A DNA stretch of 64,000 nucleotides from positions 96,001 to 160,000 of IMG/VR virus record IMGVR_UViG_3300049218_000295. One strand, given 5' to 3'. The stretch is from a virus. The translations under genes and the position numbers were made by a program. The notes beneath the pieces were generated by a model. The model did not search any database and had not been told where the DNA came from. It saw only the letters and a list, made by a program, of their open reading frames with translations. Positions 50,552 through 57,791 of this stretch are shown piece by piece (within the stretch, counting starts at the first letter, position 1; every line of letters starts with the position of its first letter).

Positions 50552-50698
50552 TTAAAGCCGACGGCCTTGAATAACCCGGATGAGAACAACTACCACTGCG
50601 ACCACAAGTAACAGATGGATAAGACCCCCGGCAACGTGCCCAAGACCTAAACCTAGAGCCCACATAATCAACAAAACGACGACAATTGTTTCTAACAT
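50552..50698 (-). CDS. lmo0937-family small membrane protein (not in the ORF track)
   Basis: MLETIVVVLLIMWALGLGLGHVAGGLIHLLLVVAVVVVLIRVIQGRRL. Confidence 0.8.
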   Translation of the reverse strand: MLETIVVVLLIMWALGLGLGHVAGGLIHLLLVVAVVVVLIRVIQGRRL

Positions 50699-51110
50699 AC
50701 CGTGTTTTACAGGTGGCTAGTTGGCTGGTCGCGGCAAAACCACATCCAATATCTTCTGCCGATATTCTAGTCGAACCCGCTCGCGGTTCATCCAGTCAGA
50801 GGCGTCAACATCTGAGGTCTCAATACTTGCCACGCCGCGAATCATGAGCACCGCGTTCTTGATGGCCTCAAAGTCATCATCGCGAAGGTCCTTTTCTAGC
50901 ACAACTGTAAAGCCTTTAATCCGGTCAGTCATTTCAGGCACTCCGGTTTCACCAGTTCGCGGACCGTTTCCGAGACCTGCGACTCGTAGCCAAACTTGTA
51001 ATGATACCACCGTTGGAGCCGCCAGCCGCCGTAAGCGACGGCAGAAAACACACCAACAATAATCAAAAAGGTGGCAGCGGTGCCGAAAATTTCTAGCCGA
51101 GTTACTTTAC

Positions 51111-52169
51111 TCACAGTACAACCTGCCTTTCGGTATCGGTTGGCAATTGTGGGAGGTCGAGATCATCTTCATCGGCGTTGAAGGAAGTGATTTCTTTGTG
51201 CTCCGGAAGATGCCCAGATTTGAGTTTGTGGTTCAAGACCTCAATGATCATATTATAAATGAGACCATGGTTCATGGTGCTGGCACTCAGCATTTCTTTC
51301 ATGCGTGAATTGCGGAGTAGACCATGCAAGCCTTCAATTTTGTTTTCAAACTTACCGAAATCGAAGGTGCCCTTGGTATCAAGGAAGTTGTTAATTACCA
51401 CATGAGACCAAGCCAGGAAGAAACCCCGGCGATAGGCGGTCGCTTTATGATCGTAGTCGCCGAAGATTTCAGCGGTCTGCTTGAGAAAGTTCCGCACTGC
51501 GAAGTCGATGAGCAAAATCTGGCGCGGGTCATGGTCTTCTTGCAGGAAGTTTTTCAGGCGACGTCCAGTAGGTACTGATTCCAAAAAGGCCCCAGAACTT
51601 AACTTGCGCGAAATCCAGAGCACCACTGGGCAGTAAGTGCTCAGAGTCAACCCATTGGCGGTGCTGTTCACCGAAAGTGGGAGAGCCATGTTTTTGCGAC
51701 CGGTCGTCATTTGCTGTCGAATAAGGTCTGCAATAGGCCCGGTGTAAGACTTGGCCAACTCACCGAAAGTGAGCTTTGAAGGCTCCGAGTTGAATTGGTG
51801 GAATAGCCGAATTTCTTCATTGAGGTCGATGTTTACATAGAGTTCGACCGGTAGCTTATAGTCGAGCACGCCGCTGTCTTTCAAAGCCCAAATGCGCTGT
51901 TGACCGTCGATGACGTGGAATTCGCCATCCAGAACGAAGTCATCGGTGCCGCGCTGGGTTTTGCCAATTAGATTAAGCTTCACGCTGTCGATGGGCAAGC
52001 CTTTGCGATAAATGTCGACCAGAGCATTAATCTTTTTCCGCCGTAGAATGCGTTCGCGCTGATAAGCGGGAATCCACTCTTCCTTAAAGCCCTGAATAAG
52101 CTCCTTGGAATTGATGTACCCAATCATCCGGTCCTTGCCGAAACTCACTCCATAGAAATAGTAAAGCAT
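51111..52169 (-). CDS. ParB/DGQHR(DndB)-like domain protein
   Basis: YQRE, VIDGQQR, EEIRLFHQFN; AGGAGG SD. Confidence 0.7.
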   Translation of the reverse strand: MLYYFYGVSFGKDRMIGYINSKELIQGFKEEWIPAYQRERILRRKKINALVDIYRKGLPIDSVKLNLIGKTQRGTDDFVLDGEFHVIDGQQRIWALKDSGVLDYKLPVELYVNIDLNEEIRLFHQFNSEPSKLTFGELAKSYTGPIADLIRQQMTTGRKNMALPLSVNSTANGLTLSTYCPVVLWISRKLSSGAFLESVPTGRRLKNFLQEDHDPRQILLIDFAVRNFLKQTAEIFGDYDHKATAYRRGFFLAWSHVVINNFLDTKGTFDFGKFENKIEGLHGLLRNSRMKEMLSASTMNHGLIYNMIIEVLNHKLKSGHLPEHKEITSFNADEDDLDLPQLPTDTERQVVL

Positions 52170-52234
52170 CGCTCACGCCCTCCTGGTATAGCGCATTTTT
52201 ACAGGAGTTTCTATGAGTGCAGCGCGTTAAGAAA

Positions 52235-52309
52235 TGGCGGGGGTACGGGGAAATCGAACCCCGAATCGCTGATAGACAATCAGCCGTTATACCATTTAAC
52301 TATACCCCC
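52235..52309 (-). tRNA. tRNA-Asp(GTC)
   Basis: GCTGA-TTGTCTA-TCAGC; G73; CCA. Confidence 0.9.
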
Positions 52310-52349
52310 AAACTTTTCGATATCATTTTGGTAAAAAGGGAGTACCAAA

Positions 52350-52772
52350 ATGGTGTGTTCCATCAAAGGTTGCAGTAAGCCGAGTGTGAACAGTGAATTC
52401 TGCGAGTATCACTACGCTTGTATTTATTCCACTAAGGGTGCTAAGCGTGGCGACCGGAAACCAAAAAAGCCAAAACCGGTAGCCATGGTAGTACCGGAGC
52501 CAGTTGTTAAAGTTGCTCCGCCGACTAACTCCATCTATTCAAAATTCCTGCCAGTCAATAGCGTCATCAAGGAAATCCCGAAAATTGGGACCTTTGAAGA
52601 AGAGGAATTCGAGGCGAGTCTCGCAAAAGAGAAGAATTCAGCGGCGGGTCAGGAAATCCGAAATTGCCGAAAATGCGGCAAGGTGATAATTGAACGTTTA
52701 CGCCATTGCCGGACCTGTGAACCCCACCACAGTAGTTTGTTCCACAGCGACGGCAATTGGGTCTACTCCTAA
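52350..52772 (+). CDS. Cys-rich hypothetical protein
   Basis: CSIKGC...FCEYH and CRKC...HCRTC. Confidence 0.55.
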   Translation: MVCSIKGCSKPSVNSEFCEYHYACIYSTKGAKRGDRKPKKPKPVAMVVPEPVVKVAPPTNSIYSKFLPVNSVIKEIPKIGTFEEEEFEASLAKEKNSAAGQEIRNCRKCGKVIIERLRHCRTCEPHHSSLFHSDGNWVYS

Positions 52773-52957
52773 GAGTAAATTCCTTCTTCAATTCGGCCAA
52801 GAACAGCAAGAATGTGCTCGCGGCCATGCTCTGTTTCAAGTAGGTCAAGCGGCTTTTTGTCGTCAAGTTCAGGGCGTGCGCGGTCCAACCAGCCATAGGC
52901 TGTGCGGCTACTACCAAAGATTCGAATAGCTTCGTTGATGACGAATTCTTTTGTCAT
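52769..52957 (-). CDS. Xre/MbcA/ParS antitoxin C-terminal domain, stand-alone
   Basis: AIRIFGS..TAYGWLDR...LDDKKPLDLLETEHG...LGRIEEGIYS. Confidence 0.8.
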   Translation of the reverse strand: MTKEFVINEAIRIFGSSRTAYGWLDRARPELDDKKPLDLLETEHGREHILAVLGRIEEGIYS

Positions 52958-52958
52958 C

Positions 52959-53156
52959 CTATCCCCGAAACTTCTTAGGTGTAACTGAAGCGCTATTGTC
53001 ACCCCTAATCTTATAGCTGCCATGTGCAACAATGGCCTTGGGCGATTCAGTACCACACTTCTCGCAGGGCACCGTTTCGCGGACTGCGCTAATGCGCTGA
53101 GTAAGCTCTTCAGTCTCGGCTTCACATTTCGGGCAACGATAGACGGTAATTGGCAT
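52959..53156 (-). CDS. FmdB-like zinc-ribbon protein
   Basis: MPITVYRCPKC...PCEKCG. Confidence 0.75.
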   Translation of the reverse strand: MPITVYRCPKCEAETEELTQRISAVRETVPCEKCGTESPKAIVAHGSYKIRGDNSASVTPKKFRG

Positions 53157-53172
53157 ACTATTCAATATAATT

Positions 53173-53247
53173 TGGTGGGGGAGCTTGGGCTTGAACCAAG
53201 GTGAGAAGGATTGCTCCAACTGAGTAAGTCTGCTACTCTACTCCCCC
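53173..53247 (-). ncRNA. tRNA-like RNA without an anticodon loop
   Basis: GGGGGAG/CTCCCCC-A-CCA; D-stem GAGT/ACTC; T-arm CTTGG-TTCAAGC-CCAAG; GGA-GCAA-TCC where the anticodon arm should be. Confidence 0.65.
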
Positions 53248-53252
53248 ATAAA

Positions 53253-53382
53253 TGCCACTGTAAGTGAAGAACCCTTTTACGTGCTTTAACCGCTAAGCTA
53301 CCTGCCGACAAGCGGCAGGGCCAGGATTCGAACCTGGCGTCCCGATCTCCAAAAGATGAAAGATTCTACGGAGAGTGGCGAA
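53253..53382 (-). ncRNA. YrlA/Y-RNA-like element 1 (Gln-type loop, then permuted T, acceptor and D arms)
   Basis: GCCACT/AGTGGC stem; TTCATC; ATC-TTTTGGA-GAT; CCAGG-TTCGAAT-CCTGG; CCTGCCG-CTTGT-CGGCAGG; GCTT-AGCGGTTA-AAGC. Confidence 0.75.
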
Positions 53383-53410
53383 ACAAAATCCTTTTACAGA
53401 AAACTGGAGG

Positions 53411-53474
53411 TGCCACTGTAAATCTCGAAGCGGTTTTATCGTTGCAAGATGAACGCTTCAAATAGAGTGGCGAA
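53411..53474 (-). ncRNA. Y-RNA-like element 2 (Cys-type loop only)
   Basis: GCCACT/AGTGGC; TTGAAGCG/CGCTTCGA; ATC-TTGCAAC-GAT. Confidence 0.7.
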
Positions 53475-53485
53475 TAGAAAATTGT

Positions 53486-53547
53486 TGCTACTGTAGAATC
53501 CTAAGCTTGTTTATCCCCAAGATGAAGGCTTAAGAAAGAGTAGCGAA
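53486..53547 (-). ncRNA. Y-RNA-like element 3 (Pro-type loop only)
   Basis: Compensatory GCTACT/AGTAGC; TCTTAAGC/GCTTAGGA; AT-CTTGGGG-AT. Confidence 0.7.
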
Positions 53548-53561
53548 TTAAAATTTTATGG

Positions 53562-53765
53562 TCAACTGTTGTTATCTTCAGCGATCTGTTCTAGGTCCTT
53601 TTTGTTGAGGGGCTCTTTTGAAAAGATGAAGCCATACATGTCGGAACCCTCAAAAGTCGGGTCCTCATACACGTGGCCTCCAAAGAACTTTGCGACTGTC
53701 TTTAGATCGCCAATCTCTGGTTGTTCTTTCCAATCCCAACTAATTGCTACAGTGTCTTTTGCCAT
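53562..53765 (-). CDS. Hypothetical protein
   Basis: AAGGA SD; 67 aa. Confidence 0.6.
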   Translation of the reverse strand: MAKDTVAISWDWKEQPEIGDLKTVAKFFGGHVYEDPTFEGSDMYGFIFSKEPLNKKDLEQIAEDNNS

Positions 53766-53781
53766 ATCCTTTTATAAATTA

Positions 53782-53906
53782 TGGTCGGGGGAGAAGGAGT
53801 CGAACCCCCATCTTCGCTCAACTGCTAAGAGCGTGTTCTCATGCACCAACTCGGACGATGCGGGCAGTCGCATCTCGCTGTTGCATTACCGTTAAACTAT
53901 CCCCCG
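53782..53906 (-). ncRNA. 125-nt tRNA-like RNA with expanded multi-hairpin interior
   Basis: CGGGGGA/TCCCCCG-A-CCA; TTCGACT T-loop; interior GATGCG/CGCATC and CGCTC/GAGCG hairpins. Confidence 0.65.
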
Positions 53907-53911
53907 AAAAA

Positions 53912-53977
53912 TGCCACTGTAGAACCCACGAGCCGGTTTTCATTTAACAGATGAAAGCTCGCAGAAAGAGTGGCGAA
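53912..53977 (-). ncRNA. Y-RNA-like element 4 (Asn-type loop only)
   Basis: GCCACT/AGTGGC; CTGCGAGCT/GGCTCGTGG; TTTCAT-CTGTTAA-ATGAAA. Confidence 0.72.
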
Positions 53978-53980
53978 AAG

Positions 53981-54532
53981 TTATTGGATATGGCCGAGCC
54001 TTTTGGCCTCAGCCATTACTAAAGCGATGCGTGGGTCATTCCAGTACTGTTGATAAAGCACAGGCCCAAGCAACCTTTTAATGTTTACGAATTCTTGTTC
54101 AAAGGAATGCGACTGAGCATTGAAGAACCAACCAATTTTAGAAACATTTAGTTGACCGGCTAGAAACTTAAAGCCATTTATAGTGGGTCGATACTTGCCC
54201 AGTTTAGCGACTTTCAAAGGCACTTGTGGTTCAACTAATTCCCAGTGATTCAATTGGGCGAAGGTGGTTCCGGCGGTATCTTTACGGCGTTTGGCTATGC
54301 ACATGTTTGCTGGAATAAACTGCGCAGGAGTTTGTTGATTTTGCACTACAATAAATAGGCCTTCCGCCATGGCTTTCGTAAATCGGTGCGGGTATAGACC
54401 TTCATCTCTGCCGGTACTGGAAATCACACGTTTATGACTAAGGATATTGGCTCTCTGCTCTAAAACCACATCTTTGTATAGTCTATGCCCGTTCATCTGA
54501 ATGTCCAAATCGGAAAGTGTATGGTCTATCAT
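53981..54532 (-). CDS. Hypothetical protein
   Basis: 183 aa; GGAG SD. Confidence 0.55.
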   Translation of the reverse strand: MIDHTLSDLDIQMNGHRLYKDVVLEQRANILSHKRVISSTGRDEGLYPHRFTKAMAEGLFIVVQNQQTPAQFIPANMCIAKRRKDTAGTTFAQLNHWELVEPQVPLKVAKLGKYRPTINGFKFLAGQLNVSKIGWFFNAQSHSFEQEFVNIKRLLGPVLYQQYWNDPRIALVMAEAKRLGHIQ

Positions 54533-54663
54533 CTTGGTTCTCCCAAATGTCTTTTATAGCATATAATACCCAAATCGACTTCTTACAACCACCACATGAA
54601 CATGAGGCCTTTTCCTGCCATCAGAGGACAACATTGACATTACACCTTTTATGGAGCACTCAG

Positions 54664-54737
54664 TCTAGCTGGCTGGATTCGAACCAGCGCTCCCTTCGTC
54701 CCAAACGAAGTGCGATACCAGACTTCGCCACAGCTAG
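54664..54737 (-). tRNA. tRNA-Pro(TGG), no adjacent CCA, nested in a longer stem (54652-54750)
   Basis: CTTCG-TTTGGGA-CGAAG; C1:G72, A73. Confidence 0.88.
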
Positions 54738-54772
54738 ACTCAGTGCTCCAGAAAATGGTTCCCGTGGAAATG

Positions 54773-54928
54773 TTGTGACCCTCGGGACAGGTTGTGAGCC
54801 TCCCAGTTAACTAGCCATTCGGGACTTTCAGAGGACTTCTCAGTCAGGTTTCCCTGCATTGCCCCTTACGATCTTGTTCCGAACCCCCTAGTTCAGTTCA
54901 CTACCGTTTAAAAATCACGGCGGTCACG
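54773..54928 (-). ncRNA. Candidate multi-stem structured RNA (about 155 nt)
   Basis: GTGACC/GGTCAC, AACTAG/CTAGTT and TTCGG/CCGAA stems; GNRA hairpins CAGG-GAAA-CCTG and GACT-GAGA-AGTC. Confidence 0.55.
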
Positions 54929-54933
54929 AAGTT

Positions 54934-55053
54934 TGCTACTATAATCTCAAAACCCAGACCTTGCGGTTTTCATGGGTGCGGAATCGAACCGCCCCGGCCT
55001 CTGCCGGTGCCGCCAATAGGCCCCGTGATGAAGGGTTTCAAAAGAGTAGCGAA
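54934..55053 (-). ncRNA. Y-RNA-like element 5 (anticodon-less mini-tRNA payload)
   Basis: GCTACT/AGTAGC; GAAACCC/GGGTTTT; GCC-TATTGGC-GGC; CCGGC-AGAG-GCCGG; GCGG-TTCGATT-CCGC. Confidence 0.7.
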
Positions 55054-55060
55054 TTGGCTT

Positions 55061-55285
55061 TTATAGCTTCAATCGTTTATGGACCTCGTCCCAGTAGACT
55101 CGTCCATGAACTTCGACTACAGCCTCTTCTAGGCGTGAGAGAATTGTCTTCTCTTTCCATCCCGACTTGAGGCCTTCCTTCACAAACTCGCCGTAAGCGA
55201 CGACGTAGCCCTGTGAGTGTAAAGTGTCCAACAGAACAGCTAATGGTAAGCCATGTGTGTCGTAGAGCTTAAAGAGCCCTGACAC
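55061..55285 (-). CDS. Small protein resembling a helical segment of alanyl-tRNA synthetase (start uncertain)
   Basis: LFKLYDTHGLPL...GYVV..GEF compared with AlaRS AFKLYDTYGFPLD...GLxVDxxGF. Confidence 0.6.
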   Translation of the reverse strand: MSGLFKLYDTHGLPLAVLLDTLHSQGYVVAYGEFVKEGLKSGWKEKTILSRLEEAVVEVHGRVYWDEVHKRLKL

Positions 55286-55368
55286 TACCGGTCGCTGATC
55301 CTCGGTGATCCCGATTTGATTTAATAACTTGCCCCCATATGAGTACCCTCCTTAAAGATACTGTTGTT

Positions 55369-55485
55369 TGCCACTGTAAAGATGGAACCCGCATTTGTAC
55401 TGGCGTCCTATCCAATTAGACTATTTTCACGGGATTCGAACCCGATTTCCAGTTGGATTGATGAAAGATTCCTAGAGAGTGGCGA
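55369..55485 (-). ncRNA. Y-RNA-like element 6 (Trp-type loop, T-arm, D-arm, acceptor stem absent)
   Basis: GCCACT/AGTGGC; GGAATCT/GGGTTCC; CGGG-TTCGAAT-CCCG; TAGTCTAATTGGATAGGAC; ACTGG/CCAGT. Confidence 0.72.
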
Positions 55486-55678
55486 TACTTAAAAAAGTGT
55501 ATGGGCTGTACGCAAGAACAAGAGCTTAAAAGCTGTTTCGGTCGACTACGAATAGACTATGAGCAAGTCCTCCCAAATAGAGGAATTGCGCTAGTACCCG
55601 GTTCCACTTCGGGCATCCGGGTCGGTGATGTGGTCTTCTGCTTCTCGGGGTCGACCTTTATTGGGTATGTCAACATCA

Positions 55679-56272
55679 ATGGTGACTAATGCTGACTTCA
55701 TTCAACTGCTTGGGCAATCCGTCGACAAGGCCATTGTCAATGGAGGCGGCGGGGCTGGTGGCCAGATTGTGGCTGTTTACGACGGCTTTGCCCTCACCAG
55801 TCACGGCGAGAGGGTGCCATTGCCGCCAGAGACGGGTCTCACCGTGAGTATTTGCGAAATCACTGGCCGCCCTGATAAAGTGATTTATGGTATCACTGAC
55901 CGACCAACAATGATCATACGTATGAACTATTCAGGGGGTTTCAATCTACTGATTGAGGACTATGCCCGGTTTCCAAATCACATTGAATTGCACGGCGACA
56001 TTGAGGAAGGTCGCTACCGGATTGTCCAAGCCGATACCCAGGAAGAGCTTGATGAGTATGGGCGTAGCCTAAATGTTGCTGTAAGTCGTAGTCTATCTGA
56101 GCTTCTAAAGTCACAATGCCCAAACGGCCATAAGTGGCACTACTGCCCAACCCATAATACGCTACAAATGAATTCAGGCCACGATAAAGTTACCCAAAGC
56201 GAGGGCGGGAAATGCCTGGGAGCGACGGTGGCTCCTTTCGAAGGCGACCAGGACCGAAGCGATAATTGCTGA
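55679..56272 (+). CDS. Hypothetical protein
   Basis: About 197 aa; C-terminal CPNGH...CPTH. Confidence 0.5.
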   Translation: MVTNADFIQLLGQSVDKAIVNGGGGAGGQIVAVYDGFALTSHGERVPLPPETGLTVSICEITGRPDKVIYGITDRPTMIIRMNYSGGFNLLIEDYARFPNHIELHGDIEEGRYRIVQADTQEELDEYGRSLNVAVSRSLSELLKSQCPNGHKWHYCPTHNTLQMNSGHDKVTQSEGGKCLGATVAPFEGDQDRSDNC

Positions 56273-56344
56273 AGTAGAAGGTCTGTGTTATTTTACGCCC
56301 ATTGGCTCACGGAAACGTGGTTGCCGGTCTCACATAAGTAAAAA

Positions 56345-56433
56345 TGGGCGGAGCCCTCACATTGCATGACAGCTCCGCCCGTTGTCAAGGCCCGAGGAAT
56401 TCTTGGTGGATATTCCTCGGGCCGTTTGACAAG
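56345..56433. terminator. Two tandem strong hairpins
   Basis: GGGCGGAGC/GCTCCGCCC and TTGTCAA-GGCCCGAGGAAT/ATTCCTCGGGCC-TTGACAA. Confidence 0.55.
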
Positions 56434-57148
56434 CGCCAAAAACTATGTTCATGAGTTGGATCAGGTGGATTTGACCTCTGGAATTTCCGCACCGCAAGGG
56501 CCTGTGGCCCCCTATTGGTTTAGCTTATCCCCGTCTGTCCACCCGGCCAGGGTATCGGACTCGATAGGGTCTCAGCGGATTTTCCACTCACTGCTTGTAA
56601 ATTCAAAAACTCTTCTGCAAACTTAGTCCCCCAATACGTTTGAGGCCGGTGTTGGATCTCTCCAAACCGGCCTCGAATTCCTTCAAAACTTTTTAATCTT
56701 GTTGATTAAGTTTTGAGATCCTCCAAAGCCGATTCGTTCCCGAGTTTACCGGGGCGACGATCCAGGCACATAATCGCGACTGCCACTGCTGGCAACGCGT
56801 GCGTCTTATGTAATCTGGTTGTTAGCTTTATCGATCCCATTTGTTTTACCTAATCTCCTGTGGCCTTTTATGGTCCACTGGATTGTTCTAACATGAAATC
56901 TAATATCGAGTCAATATTTCTATTTGCTCGTATATCTCGCTGCTTGTACTGTGAGTTCTTCTAGCCGCTCGCAGAGACCCAATAATTGCTGATGCTCTTC
57001 TGAGGTGAGAGGCAAATTCTGATAAACTTTTTCTCGGAGAGGGAAAATTTTGTTTCTGAGTTGTTGAGAACGACGGAGCAGCACTTCTTGATAGGGCAGC
57101 ACTCCGATTTGGGCCAGAACTCTCCTTACCGATTCTGGACAAGAAGTA

Positions 57149-57484
57149 TCACTCATCAGTAGTAGCTCCATTCTTGTATTCGAGATACGCGTTGAGGATG
57201 GCTTCAATATTCTCTCGGCCCACCGGATTAGCTGAGTGCACGTTGAACTGAAAATCATCCGGAATTCGTACTTTTCCATCAAGATCAGCATCCACCAGCC
57301 ATTTCGCAAAGCCATAACCGGATTCACTTTCAATATCGGAGCCTAAATCGTGATCAAATGAGATATAAGAAGGGCACCCTGATTCCAGGACTACGGTCTT
57401 CGCTTCATCAACATTACGAACCACTACCCAGGAACGCTTGGTCTTAGGAACACGCTCGTCATCGATATAAAGTGACCAACTCAT
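57149..57484 (-). CDS. Cyclic-phosphate-processing receiver-like domain protein
   Basis: LYIDDER.P, ISFDHDLG, GY, VHSANPVG. Confidence 0.8.
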   Translation of the reverse strand: MSWSLYIDDERVPKTKRSWVVVRNVDEAKTVVLESGCPSYISFDHDLGSDIESESGYGFAKWLVDADLDGKVRIPDDFQFNVHSANPVGRENIEAILNAYLEYKNGATTDE

Positions 57485-57711
57485 TTTCGGTACCTTAATC
57501 GTAAACCTTGAATTGAGCCATAGCACGATGGCTTGTTCCAGTGTTTCCAGGGCTTACACATCCCACAACCACACGAAAAATTAGACTTCCGCATTCGACC
57601 CAACTGCTTGGGATCATTTTTCCATTCTTTGACCATCGCGCCCCAAATACGCATACGCTTTTTTGAGACACGTTCTGACTGCTGCCTTCGATAAGCACGA
57701 GACCGAGACAT
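57481..57711 (-). CDS. Small Arg/Lys-rich protein with CxCxxC
   Basis: MSRSRAYRR...SCGCGMCKPWK; AAGGAG SD. Confidence 0.7.
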   Translation of the reverse strand: MSRSRAYRRQQSERVSKKRMRIWGAMVKEWKNDPKQLGRMRKSNFSCGCGMCKPWKHWNKPSCYGSIQGLRLRYRK

Positions 57712-57791
57712 TTATACTCTCCTTGTTGTCGACGGGCGCAACCCGCACGAACTTGAAGAGTATCAGAAAGTTTATCATGGCCATAAAATAA

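Noticed and set aside
53253-55485. CRISPR array or hammerhead ribozymes as explanation for the GCCACT...GATGAA...AGTGGC repeats
   Set aside because: Repeats are not identical or evenly spaced and no cas genes are present; the CUGAUGA/GAAA hammerhead core is absent; embedded T- and D-arms fix the minus strand as the functional one.
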